Source: Fistulifera solaris | Lineage: Eukaryota | Reading direction: 5' to 3' | Length of the DNA stretch: 64,000 bases | NCBI GenBank assembly: GCA_030295235.1 | Contig: AP026164.1 | Location: 682,001 to 746,000, forward strand | Part shown: positions 23,678 through 37,073 of the stretch, one piece after another | Layout: every line of letters begins with the position of its first letter | Numbering within the stretch: position 1 is the stretch's first letter | The notes under the pieces: generated by a model | Told to the model about the DNA's origin: nothing | Database searches by the model: none | What the model saw: the letters and a program-made list of their open reading frames with translations, nothing else | Made by a program: the position numbers and the translations under genes

Positions 23678-24781
23678 GATAGTCGTCAAGGTGGACTTGA
23701 TGCATGCGTTATAGTGTCGGTCTTAATCAGCAATGCTGCGTCGATTGATGTCGTTCTTTCTCTTCTCGTTCGTCCGATACAGAGCAGCCAGAGCAACCAA
23801 CGAGCCAATGATTCGATACTTATAGTATTTTGAGAGCAATCGTTACTTATTTGGCTTTATTAGGAGCGAAAAGAAATGACTTCCTCACCTTACTTTCCTT
23901 GGACGCAGCAAGTTGCGGACGATTTTTTTTGTGTTAGCGAAAAGAAGGGGCGCGCCCAAGCGGGAAAGGACGGGGTGACAATATTGTCACCGACTACGAA
24001 CAGACGTCGATTTGTGTCGCTTCGAAGTTTACTATCTTGAGAAGTGAAGGAGAATCTTTCTTAGTGACTGACTCAACTGATTTTCAGTCCCGTAAGTAAT
24101 CGATCACCGATCGCAATCATAGTCGAATGCAGTGCTTCGCCCTCACAGAACTATTCATGATCCGTACCAGCTAGACATTACAAAGCAACTATAGTTAGTC
24201 ACATTCGTAATGGCTAGTTGCTGCTGATGAATTCCTCAGTATGAATCACGTCTCTTGTCATGGCTCGGGCTTGACTGAATTAAGTCCAGTCATTCATCGA
24301 TCGCATTTAGTCCAATGAATGACAGTATTAAAGAATTATTGATAACGCGGATGATACCTGGTTTCACGTGATAGGTGGCTCCACGGCGTCATATATTGAT
24401 AGATAAGAAGACTTCGTCTTGCCCTTTTCGATTAGGAGTAATCATGATTCTAGGAAGACTTTCCCAAACATCCGGTGTGGTCATGACAACTTCTTCATCG
24501 AAAAGCATTCGAAAATGTTTTCCGCGTCTCTCAATAAAATATCCGTTACCGTCGCGTCACAGAAACAGAGAAAGCTGAAAAAGAGCTGCCGACTCAACAA
24601 TCGAGTCGACAGAAATCCTGAAGCTACAGGTCGACTAGAAAAATTTCTCTTAAAACTGACTTTCAGAGCAATTAATAACAATGGTAAGTCATGACGTCTG
24701 TCTTTATATTAGCTGCTTCCGAAAGATTGAGCACTTTCGATTGGTCATTCATTCCGTAAGCTGACCCCAATATGCAGTGTC

Positions 24782-25126
24782 TTAGTAAGGTAGGTCGCTC
24801 GCAATTTCCGCCGTTTCCGAGAAGAATCCTACCCATACCAAATAGAGCATGGGGATTGAAATGATGAGACTGAAAGCGGTCATTCCAATGAGTTCCGCAT
24901 TCATAATTTCCTCATTCTGTTTGTTCAAGTCCAGCATCTCTTCTCGAGTCATATCTCGACTTTCAATGAAGCTTAGATCCTCTTCTTCCTTCTTGTTTCT
25001 GTTGAAAATACCGAGAGAGGTTCCCGACGATGTCCGGCACAATGCCGAGCGAGGCTGCACAACAAAAGCACTGGCAGACGCAATAGCCAAAAGGAGGGTG
25101 ACGATACTAAGGATTGCTCGTGTCAT
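24782..25126 (-). CDS. Small plastid-targeted single-TM hypothetical protein
   Basis: Signal peptide ending ASA-FVV (ASAFAP motif), Ser/Arg transit peptide, C-terminal TM helix. Confidence 0.7.
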   Translation of the reverse strand: MTRAILSIVTLLLAIASASAFVVQPRSALCRTSSGTSLGIFNRNKKEEEDLSFIESRDMTREEMLDLNKQNEEIMNAELIGMTAFSLIISIPMLYLVWVGFFSETAEIASDLPY

Positions 25127-25460
25127 TTGGGATATGTCAGCTTGCGCTTGCTGATTGGGATACTTTAGTTCGTTGACTAGTCGTTTGTAAGACAACAAAG
25201 CAAATATTACCAGGTAGCTCCAAGTCAGAGTCGATGTTGTCGTTTTTTTGTTTTGTCGGATGTGTTTGCTGACAACACGAGCCTCTGACTCTGATGACAT
25301 CTTTCTCATCAACATTGTATCACCAAGCGGCACCCATTTCGATAGAATGTGAGTACCTGTAAGTCTTCAAGCCTTCCGCGTTCGCACAACAGCGCTTCAT
25401 TTTTTTTTGCGAGAAAAAACTCTTCGTTTCAAGCCCCTTGATGAATAAAACAACGTCAAG

Positions 25461-27437
25461 ATGACTGCATTAGAATTGAATAAGCCAGTGCATCCCATGG
25501 TCTCGGTACCCGAAGCAATCCGCATCGTGTTGCACGAAACGGCGCGCATTCTCTTGTCAAATTCCCGTCCCACGGAATGCGTCAAGATTGACGCCCAGAG
25601 TGTGCGGAATATTGTCAACCGAACTCTAGCTGCGGATGTTATTCAAAGAGAGCCTGGTTATCCACCCTATCGTGCTAGTATTATGGACGGTTTTGCAGTC
25701 TCGTCAACCTCCCCGCAGACCAAATACCAAGTTGTCGGGAAAATTTTGACGGGCGATTCGCATTTGGCAACAATTACAACAAGTGACGATCCGCCCGCTC
25801 ATTACGTGACGACAGGCGCTATTGTTCCCGACCAGTACGACTGTGTTGTTCCCATCGAAGAATGTCAGCTAGTGAGTGACGGAGCGTTCGTCATTGTTCA
25901 AAAAGAATCTCTGGTCAAAGACAAATGGATACGGCCGCCGGGCTGCGATATACCAGGCGGATCGATAGTTTTAAAAGCGGGGCACAAGATCGACGCTGTT
26001 TCGTTGGGTCTCTTACTCCAGTCGGGTGTACAAGAAGTCGAACTAGTGTGCCCTTTGGTCGTTGGTGTTCTCTCTACAGGCAATGAACTCGACGTGAACG
26101 ACACCTCTACCACCGATCATTGGGCAGAGCGACAATTAGGAAAAATTCCCGATGTCAATCGCCCGATGCTGCTCAGCTTACTCGGCGATACTTGGGGTGC
26201 GTGCTGTCGAGTGGTAGACCTCGGTATTGCTGTAGATTCGGATAGACATCAACTGGCACGTGTCCTTGAAACTGCTTTTCTAGATTGTCATGTAATAGTA
26301 ACGACTGGGGGTATATCTGTAGGGGAAACCGATATTGTCGAAGATGTACTTGTAAACGATTTAAAGGGACGTTTGCATTTTGGGCGATTGCACATGAAGC
26401 CAGGAAAGCCGACGACGTTCATGACTTTACCAGTGGAGAACGAGAGGGATCGAATTGTCTTTTGCATGCCCGGAAATCCTGTGAGTGCTGGCGTATGTAC
26501 ACACTTATTGATCAGGCCTTGTCTTGAGCTGTTGTTCCATGGGCCTGCTTCGTCTCCCGACAATAACGGTGATAGTCTCGATGAACAAATTCGTAGGACT
26601 GTTGAAAATGCATGGATTCACAGTGAATTCGAAGCTCAACTAACGCATGATGTAGCACTGGACGTGGAGCGCCCCGAATACGCGCGTGTCGTTGTGCGGA
26701 GACGTGCATCGGGCATTTGCCAGGTTTCTACCACAGGAGTGCAAAGAAGCAGCCGCTTGATGAGTATGCGAGATGCGGTAGGTCTTATCGTGCTCCCACA
26801 AGGTTCCAAAACGCGGCCCAAAGCTCTGGCCGGGGAAACATATCTTGTGTTGCAAACCGACCATTGTAACAGCTCCTTAGCCCCAATAACTGTCCAATCC
26901 TCTCGACACTTATCAAAACCATCCAAATCTTTTTCGGTTGCTGTTGTTGTTCTATCATCAATAGAAGCACAAGCAGAGAGTGCCGGTGCTGAAAGGATGA
27001 GTGAGCTGGCTGATCGGGTCGCTTATGCTTTGAGTGGATCGAAAAGCGGATCTGTCACCACGATTAAGTGCGAACAATACGAAGGTCCAATTGATGAATC
27101 ATTCAAATGCTATCTAGAGGACAAAGGTAGGCAGGCTGATTTTGTGGTCGTCCTTTCTTCAACATCCAAAGGTTCTTTCCGACGACACTCAGCTGCAGCA
27201 GCCTACATTCGTAGCATTCTGACCAAGCCTGCAGACAGCATGGCCTTGCAAGTACGCCGAGGGTCAGCAGCAAAGAATAATGGATCTGCGATTTTTGAGA
27301 CTGTAATTGGGTACTTTCCCGTGAACGAGAAAGGTTTCCTTGTCGTACTGTTGGCGGAAATGGGTCTCGAAGGAGGTCTTGGCAATGTCAGGGGGCTCCT
27401 CAAACATGCGATCAAAATAGCCCGTAATAAAGAATAA
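25461..27437 (+). CDS. CNX1: Molybdopterin molybdotransferase Cnx1/gephyrin-like (E domain plus degenerate G domain)
   Basis: PPYRASIMDGFAV, VLSTGNEL, TTGGISVGETD, MKPGKP, PGNPVS, QRSSRLMSM motifs. Confidence 0.88.
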   Translation: MTALELNKPVHPMVSVPEAIRIVLHETARILLSNSRPTECVKIDAQSVRNIVNRTLAADVIQREPGYPPYRASIMDGFAVSSTSPQTKYQVVGKILTGDSHLATITTSDDPPAHYVTTGAIVPDQYDCVVPIEECQLVSDGAFVIVQKESLVKDKWIRPPGCDIPGGSIVLKAGHKIDAVSLGLLLQSGVQEVELVCPLVVGVLSTGNELDVNDTSTTDHWAERQLGKIPDVNRPMLLSLLGDTWGACCRVVDLGIAVDSDRHQLARVLETAFLDCHVIVTTGGISVGETDIVEDVLVNDLKGRLHFGRLHMKPGKPTTFMTLPVENERDRIVFCMPGNPVSAGVCTHLLIRPCLELLFHGPASSPDNNGDSLDEQIRRTVENAWIHSEFEAQLTHDVALDVERPEYARVVVRRRASGICQVSTTGVQRSSRLMSMRDAVGLIVLPQGSKTRPKALAGETYLVLQTDHCNSSLAPITVQSSRHLSKPSKSFSVAVVVLSSIEAQAESAGAERMSELADRVAYALSGSKSGSVTTIKCEQYEGPIDESFKCYLEDKGRQADFVVVLSSTSKGSFRRHSAAAAYIRSILTKPADSMALQVRRGSAAKNNGSAIFETVIGYFPVNEKGFLVVLLAEMGLEGGLGNVRGLLKHAIKIARNKE

Positions 27438-27742
27438 GAAGATGTCAGATTCATCGTAGTTTATTTATGATAAAGCACTTGGGTTGCGATTGGCATCGCG
27501 TTCCCATTCTTTAGGCTGACAACCCGTACAAATGTTCTAGTCACGACTGGGTTTGAGTCCCGAGGCGTGATTCTATCATTTACAAATTTTCGTCTCGAGA
27601 CTTTTGCTATTACTTGGTATGCTTTGTCATTCTTTTTCAGTGAAAACTTCCTTATATTTTTTCTTCTGTATTATTAATCTCGCAAGAACTAGGATTCGTG
27701 AATTGAATTGAGGAAAGTTCATAAGAAAAAATAGTCTTTGGA

Positions 27743-28356
27743 ATGGCGGAACAAAATAATAGTGATGAAGATCAGATGAAAATTCTATTTCCAACCGGCA
27801 TTGGTCAATCCAGCGGAGAGTGCACCGTCTTGGTACAAATAAATCCTGAAGACGCATCAACTTTGGACTTTACTGGCGCAACAGGAGCGATAGGTCGGTT
27901 AGAGGCCGACGATACGGGTGGTACGTTGGAAGATTATGTCGTCATTTTTAAAGTTGGAACGACCTGACAGTATCTTTTCTTTGCGCAGTCAGTTTTGATT
28001 TCAAGGGAGTGCAATACAAAGGAAGATTCTTCCCGACCGCTACGACTATGGTCCTATCCGTTGTGAATGGTAAGGAAAACTACTTAAAAATAGATGGCAT
28101 CGCGGATGATTTTTGCTATCTCGAAAAGACCGGCGACGCATTAAAAGGGTTTGATGCTCAAGCCGTGGGTAATCTGAGTGGTTATGACGTACAAGATGAA
28201 GACGTCAACCGTTACATCTCTAGTTCGGGAAATCATGAAGGTGCACCCCTTCCTCCTGTGCAGAAAAGTGAAGTGCCGAAATCGCAGGCGAAGCGGTCGA
28301 TAACAAAGAAATCAAACACGGGTTCCGCCCATAAGAAAATGAAACGAAAGAGCTGA
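27743..28356 (+). CDS. BIN4: BIN4-like protein (topoisomerase VI accessory subunit), 2 exons
   Basis: After removing intron 27921-27988: LDFTGATGAIGRL...FDFKGVQYKGRFFP..T..V...KIDGIADDF, resembling the plant BIN4 core; basic C-terminal tail. Confidence 0.6.
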
Positions 28357-28571
28357 ATCCCTTCGCTTTGGTTAAGACTTCAACGGAAAAGTTTTATACT
28401 AACTTGTGAATTATGTGATAGATAAATAATATCATGTATTGTTTAGAACGAATATGTCAATTCGTCGAAATTCGAATCATTGGCCGAAAGAAATAAATTA
28501 CAGAAAAACAAAAAGTACTTGCTATTACATTAGATATCATGGATTTACAATAATGAATAAATTTATCTTTC

Positions 28572-30778
<2,207 letters not shown>

Positions 30779-31328
30779 TTACTACTTGTCGAACACCGTT
30801 GGGGTAGATTTTGTGAGCAGAGCTGAGTGTTTTTCAGGCGGTGTAATTCTGTGATCGCTAAAACTATCAGCAATCCACTGTCGCTAACCGTATCTATTTT
30901 TATTAAGGACACTTTTCAACGGCGATTTCGCTTAAGTGTTGGGTCCCTCTCACGGAGTAGCTTTTTTTACTTAATCCGTACCTCATCGCCAACGCTTGCG
31001 CAGGATTTTACTTAGCGCACCTCAAAGTTACATATAAGAAACGAGAACCATTACGACAAAAATCTTTTTGTTTAACGGGTGCGTTGCGTGCGTTGGCTTT
31101 GGGATTGGGAGGCATTCCAATTCCAAATTCCAAGGACGATGCAGATTAGGGTGCTCGTTCAGGGTCAAGGATAGAGAATAGAGAGATCATCAGAAGATCA
31201 TGGAATACTAAATCGTCGCAAATAAAAACACCATCAATACAATAACGTTACAAAGGATGGCAACATCATGACGGTAGTAGCCTCAACTTATGAGGAACCA
31301 TAGGGAACGAAACGTTCATTAGCCTGCA

Positions 31329-31952
31329 ATGCCCCCAACTTTGACCGGGCTACTCCGAGTCGGTTTGGTGGGAAGTGGCAATCGCCAACTTTTTGATTGC
31401 CGACGGCAGATCAGGCATCTCAAAAACTCTGCAAATCTCCCCGTAGTCGAAGGAAACATTCCACGGGGCGGAGAAGGACTCGCCGTGGGCCAATTTGCGG
31501 ATACGCGTCGAATTTTTTCGTCGAATGATATTCGTGACTTTGCTAGAATTATTGGCGATTACAATCCCTTGCATGAGTCGCTGGATACACGTCGTCCTTC
31601 CGGCCAACTATCTGATGTATTGAACGGTCACCCGTTGATAAAAGTAGACGAGAACGGAATGACGAAAGAAGTGGTTCATGGGATTTTGTTGTCGAGTCTT
31701 TTTAGTTGCATTTTTGGGACCTTAATTCCTGGGTCAGTATATCGAAGCCAAACGCTTGATTTTCGTCGGCCGGTTTTTGTTGATGAAGCAATTCTTGGTC
31801 GAGTTCAAATCATAAATATTGAAAAGCAGCGAAGACTTGATGGACTGATTGTGCGATGTAGTACTTATGTTTTGAAAGATGACAAGGAATGCGTTCGAGG
31901 GGAAGCCGAAGTGTGGATTCGTCACGGAACAACAGCAGAAAAAGACTTGTAA
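31329..31952 (+). CDS. MaoC-like hotdog dehydratase (HTD2-like, probably mitochondrial)
   Basis: FA.IIGDYNPLH, VVHGILLSSLFS, PGSVYRSQTLDF..PVFV motifs; Arg-rich N-terminus. Confidence 0.85.
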   Translation: MPPTLTGLLRVGLVGSGNRQLFDCRRQIRHLKNSANLPVVEGNIPRGGEGLAVGQFADTRRIFSSNDIRDFARIIGDYNPLHESLDTRRPSGQLSDVLNGHPLIKVDENGMTKEVVHGILLSSLFSCIFGTLIPGSVYRSQTLDFRRPVFVDEAILGRVQIINIEKQRRLDGLIVRCSTYVLKDDKECVRGEAEVWIRHGTTAEKDL

Positions 31953-32062
31953 ACCAGAATAGACAACATAAAAATGAACGGAGAAACTTTATTGAACTAT
32001 TGGCATGTTAAGATTGACGCGAGTTTACATTGTCGCGCGTCGATCGGAATCGTTTGAGTACT

Positions 32063-32628
32063 TTACAACCCGAAGGGAAGATTGATCTGTCCCTTCTCGT
32101 TCAGCAGAAAGTATTGCGCGTGAACAAACAGGATCATCACCATTGTCCAGACTATTGAGCATCCCAAAAGGAGAATTTCATTAGACTGGTCTACTTCGTC
32201 GCTTTTCTCCGCCATGTTTGGGCCGCAGTTTGTGTTCGTCACGAAAGAAACACTCTGCATTTGGGGCACATCCATGTGTGACTCTGCGAGAGACTCGCGG
32301 ATAGATTGCGCTACGTATTCCAGTCTCTCTTCTTCTTCCATCATATCATCGTCTTCATAAGACAAGTAGGCTTGTGGCTTCTTTGACGGTTTAGTACCTG
32401 AAAGATGACTTTTTGCTCCATTCTGATAAGTTTGGCGTTAGGCGCATTGTTGGGTGACGACAGTTGCAGAAGAGGTGAATCTTCATCACCGTTCACTTCA
32501 TGTATTGATTGTAAGATTGAATCAGCATGAAGACTCATGCGTCGGATCTCCAAGTCAAGCTCAGCAATTTCTCTCGACGATTCGGAATCGTCATCATAAA
32601 GTTCTTGTTCGTTTCTGATGTCCGACAT
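32063..32628 (-). CDS. Hypothetical acidic tail-anchored membrane protein (frameshifted)
   Basis: MSDIRNEQ ORF overlaps a second ORF ending in a single TM helix (ILLLGCSIVWTMVMILFV). Confidence 0.45.
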
Positions 32629-34018
32629 TCTACCAATATTAGTGTTGCTAAGCAGAAAATTATTCAATTTAATGTGAGAATGAACGTCCTTCTTGACAAA
32701 GATGAGAGATATGAAAGACAGAAGGTTGATGCAGTTCTTGTTGCTCAAAAACAAAAATAAATCGTCGAGCGTCATGCGTCTTGTCTGCTGTCCGCCCGGC
32801 GTCTTAATTGGTACTTTCCCTTCTATTGTCCCGCCAATTTCGCAACGCATGTTTTGAGCGTTTCAGCGATCGAGGTGTCAACTGTCAAAATGTCTATAAT
32901 GGTCACCACAAACTAAAGTTTCCAACCACAGCACTTGCTTTGTAACTCCTTATCCATTCTCGTCTGACGCAGTTTCAATATCTTCTCCCGACGCGATGAG
33001 GCCATTCTAAAACTTAGAGAAAAATACTCCCAAGATGGCGGCGAAAAGTATTGCTACGAATATAGTTGCATCTGCAGCCTCTGCGCTAGCCCCTAGCTAG
33101 CGCTTTCCAAGTTATACTCATGCTAAACTAGACAGCTCAACTCCACCGATAAGCAATTAGTCTATTAAAATTCTGAAAGTATTGCAAGCAGCAAGTATTT
33201 GGTTCTTTAAACAGACTGCCGTGCTTTTTCTTTTGCTAGATGCTGTCTTGGGTGATCTTTATTTCTGCTGCCGGTAGCAAAAGGCTACAAAAAATGTAGG
33301 TCTAAACCCTACCATAATCTATTTGATGCAATGAATTTTTTGAATGGTGCACTAAAAACCCGTTATATTACGCCTCTCTAGCGAATGCAAGTCCCCAAAC
33401 TAAGTTAGGAGTCTTTTCGACCAGTACAAGCAATAAGAGATTCTTGCCGGGATTCTCTTTTGTTACTGTTCCTTGCTTTCCATGTTTAATTCTTTGACTC
33501 CAGTCACTCTGGTCGATAATCAACCGAAAGCCAACCGCCAACGGCAGTCCTGCCAAGATTTTTGTTTATACAAGGTACACAGTGACTTTTCAAGGACTTT
33601 CTTACTTTATTGAGTGATTACAAGTCAAGGTAGAAGGTAGACGTAAGAAAGTGGTGGTGATTGGTGATTGGTGATGGTGATGTGTGTTGTCTGACTGACG
33701 GACGCGAGGACCTATGTATTCATATTAAGGTCGCCATCATTTTTCTGAACGGACGTGACATGCTTAAGTAACTTTGCCATGGCCGACAAAAAAGGAGGTG
33801 CGCCTATTTTTCGATAGTGGAGTGTTGTATTCAAGATTTTTGTCAGCATAATTGTCCCAGCACCAGGGACCGGTACCAGGTATTGTTGCATTTCAAAAGA
33901 CGGAATGGGCCTCATCTCTCTCTCTCTCTCCCACAGACTCTGTCCATCAACGAAACAACTTTGTTCAAATTGAATACGATCCGTTCCTGCCTATTTCGAG
34001 TTCCGATAAAAGTTTTCT

Positions 34019-35134
34019 GTGATAATGGCACACCGACTGCGACAGCGATACCAAGCACTTTCACCCAACATCTTTACTGACATCGATTGTCAGTTGAGCA
34101 ATGATCCTCCAGTAGATGGAGAAGCGCAAGAACTATCTTTATGCAATATTCAGCAATATCGATGTCAAGTGGATGTTGACGACGTTGATGAGTTGCTCGT
34201 ACAGTACCAATACGAAATATTCTTGAACGAGGATGCAGTCAACCAAGATTTGGTCAGGGAATATTTGGAAGAAGCCATGCTGCAGCGTTTAGCCAGCCGG
34301 ACAGGAACGATGGAATGTGATATCATTGATCGAGGTATTTTCTCGAATGTATTGGGCGTAAATCGAGCGCCAAATGATATATTCGATTCTCGCTTTGATG
34401 GCTGCATGACACCTCCAATGGAAGGCACCATCTGCGTGTCAATGTTGGGAGGATCCACGTTTTTTGTACCATCGACCAATCGCTCTGAGAGTGATGATAA
34501 TGCATTAGTGGCAGCGGCGGTGGAATTTATTCGTTCTGAAATGGAAAACGACGTTTACATCCGGTCGGGTAGTATCGAAAAGGTTGTTTTTGTGAATCGC
34601 ACCGTGGCCGTGAATGATGTACTAGCTGGTGATACGACAATACCAAGAGAGAGTGGACTGGAAGCGGGAGGGAAAGCAGGTGTTGCACTGGGTACAACGC
34701 TTTTTCTTTTACTTGTACTGCTACTTCTTTTCCTGCTGACCAAACGGAACCGAAAGCAAGCACGAGTGCTGGAAGAACCAGACGAAGAAGAATTTACTTA
34801 CGGCGACGGTTCTCTAGCAAAGAAAGATTCACTTGCCTTGAAGGCACGGCAGATGGGTGTCGCACAGACACCACCGCGCAAAATCATTTCCAAAGGCGCC
34901 GCAGTCACAACGCCGGAAACTCCAGAGAGTGATATATCCTTCGACGAAAGTCCTAAGAATCAGAAACAACCAAGAGCTTCGCCTTCTTCTATTATGGCAC
35001 AACCACGTAGCGAGAGGCGTAGCCAAGCAAACATGTCCTTCGCTGCAAGTAAATCAGCAGCAGCAGAAGCTTTTGTGCACCTAGAGAGCTTTCAGCACCA
35101 TCCTATATCGAATCATCACCAGTCGCAAATGTGA
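34019..35134 (+). CDS. Hypothetical type-I single-pass membrane protein (both ends uncertain)
   Basis: Cys-containing ectodomain, TM GVALGTTLFLLLVLLLLFLL, KRNRK stop-transfer, Ser/Pro-rich cytosolic tail. Confidence 0.65.
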   Translation: MIMAHRLRQRYQALSPNIFTDIDCQLSNDPPVDGEAQELSLCNIQQYRCQVDVDDVDELLVQYQYEIFLNEDAVNQDLVREYLEEAMLQRLASRTGTMECDIIDRGIFSNVLGVNRAPNDIFDSRFDGCMTPPMEGTICVSMLGGSTFFVPSTNRSESDDNALVAAAVEFIRSEMENDVYIRSGSIEKVVFVNRTVAVNDVLAGDTTIPRESGLEAGGKAGVALGTTLFLLLVLLLLFLLTKRNRKQARVLEEPDEEEFTYGDGSLAKKDSLALKARQMGVAQTPPRKIISKGAAVTTPETPESDISFDESPKNQKQPRASPSSIMAQPRSERRSQANMSFAASKSAAAEAFVHLESFQHHPISNHHQSQM

Positions 35135-35530
35135 AAAGTCTTGTGATGCCAGTAGCTGGTTCAATAGCTCCAGCGGCTTCAGAAGATAGCGATACTGCGG
35201 CTACAGCGGCTGATTTTGGTCAGGGTTGTTGCGCACATAATTGCGTAGATTTTAATTTCTTATAGCAAAGACGAGCTAGTGTGCACGTTCAATAGACGAC
35301 CTATCCAAGATTCAGTCATGATCGTGACTGACGGATAAATAATATAGGGTCGTCGGACGAAGGACAGAATGACATCCAACAAGAAAAGCGAAGAAAAATT
35401 CCGGCCACTTGTGATGAAAACGTGCAATTGCGATTTATTCGGAGTTTAGCCTTCATTATTCGAACCATCTTGGTAGTTCTTGCTAATAATTTATAGCAAC
35501 AAGCTAACTTCACAAACCAAATACCCCGTA

Positions 35531-37035
35531 ATGTCTTCTGAAGCACGTAAGTTTGATAGGAGGAGTCGGCGTAAAGAAATGATTGTGTCCCTCGCTCATC
35601 GCACCTCACTTTCTTCGTTCCGCGCAATGAATGCTCTGACTGAATACAGCCACTGGAGCCCGTGGTAGCCTTTTTGGCGCAGGGGGACGTTTTTCTGGAG
35701 GAACTGACCCGATCATGGAGAAGTTCAACGAGTCTTTATCCTTCGACAAGCGCATGTGGGCGCAAGATATCCGTGGAAGTATCGCGTACGCGAAAGCGAA
35801 TATCAAGACAGGGATCCTTACGCAAGAGGAGGCCGACCAGATCGTCGCAGGTCTCGAACAAGTTCATCAAGAATGGGCGAACGGCACGTTTGAAGCAAAA
35901 CCTGGTGACGAAGACATTCATACAGCTAACGAACGTCGACTCACGGAACTTATCGGCCCTTTGGGTGGCAAATTGCACACGGGTCGCTCTCGCAACGATC
36001 AAGTCGCGACCGATACTCGCTTGTGGACGGTAGATGCAGAAAAAGATATTTTGAAAGATCTCAAGGAACTCCTTCTAGTCGGAGCTCAAGTTGCCCGTGA
36101 AAATGTGGATATTCTCATGGCAGGGTACACCCATCTGCAACCTGCTCAGCCGATTCGTTACTCGCACTGGTTGTGCAGTCACTTGGCTCCTCTTGTGCGC
36201 GATGCCCAGCGTTTGCAGGAAATTATTCCTCGGGCGAATCAATGTCCTCTCGGATCGGGTGCATTAGCTGGAAATGCGTTTGGTGTGGACCGCGAGTTTC
36301 TGGCACAAGAGCTCGGCTTCGGTGCTGTGACATCCAACTCTTTGGACTCTGTTTGCGATCGCGATTTTGTTGTCGAGTTTCTTTTTGGAGTACAATGTTG
36401 CACACGCATTTCAGTCAATTCGCTGAGGATGTCATCATAACGAATTTGTTGAGAGGTGTCGAGATTAGTGACGCGTATGCTACCGGGTCGTCACTCATGC
36501 CTCAAAAGAAAAACCCCGATGCTTTGGAGTTGCTTCGTGGTAAGGCTGGAGTAGCATTAGGACGAGCAGTAGGCCTTACAGCTACCCTAAAGGGACTCCC
36601 GCGTGCTTATAACAAAGATCTGCAGGAAGACAAAGTTCCGCTCTTCCAGGCGGTCGACACCGTGAAAGATTGCATTGCGATTGCCACGGGCGTCATCGCA
36701 ACTATGAAGCCTAACCCAGATATGCTTATGAAGGCTTTGTGTCCAGAAATGCTAGCGACAGATTTGGCAGACTATTTGGTACGAAAGGGAGTGCCTTTTA
36801 GAGAAACTCATCATATTAGTGGTGCGTGCGTTCGCTTGGCTGAAGAGCAAAAGATTAGCTTGGATAGCTTAACTCTTGAGCAGCTCCAGGCAATCGATGC
36901 TCGCTTTGAAGAGACGTGATGAAAGTTTGGGATTACGAAATGAGCGTGGAACGCAAAAGCTCGACTGGAGGAACAAGCAAGGACTCTGTGTTAAAGCAAA
37001 TCGCTGATATTGTTTCATTCGCCGAGAATCTGTAA
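35531..37035 (+). CDS. ASL: Argininosuccinate lyase
   Basis: GGRF, EDIHTANERRL, HTGRSRNDQ, GYTHLQ, GSSLMPQKKNPD, YNKDLQEDK. Intron 35547-35649; frameshifts near 36385 and 36915. Confidence 0.95.
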
Positions 37036-37073
37036 TCAATGACTTTCTTATTTTATCATTCTAGTCAACCTCT

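Noticed and set aside
24220..24280. Possible C/D box snoRNA (CTGATGA...CTGA)
   Set aside because: Imperfect C box, no clear terminal stem and no rRNA guide I can recognise.
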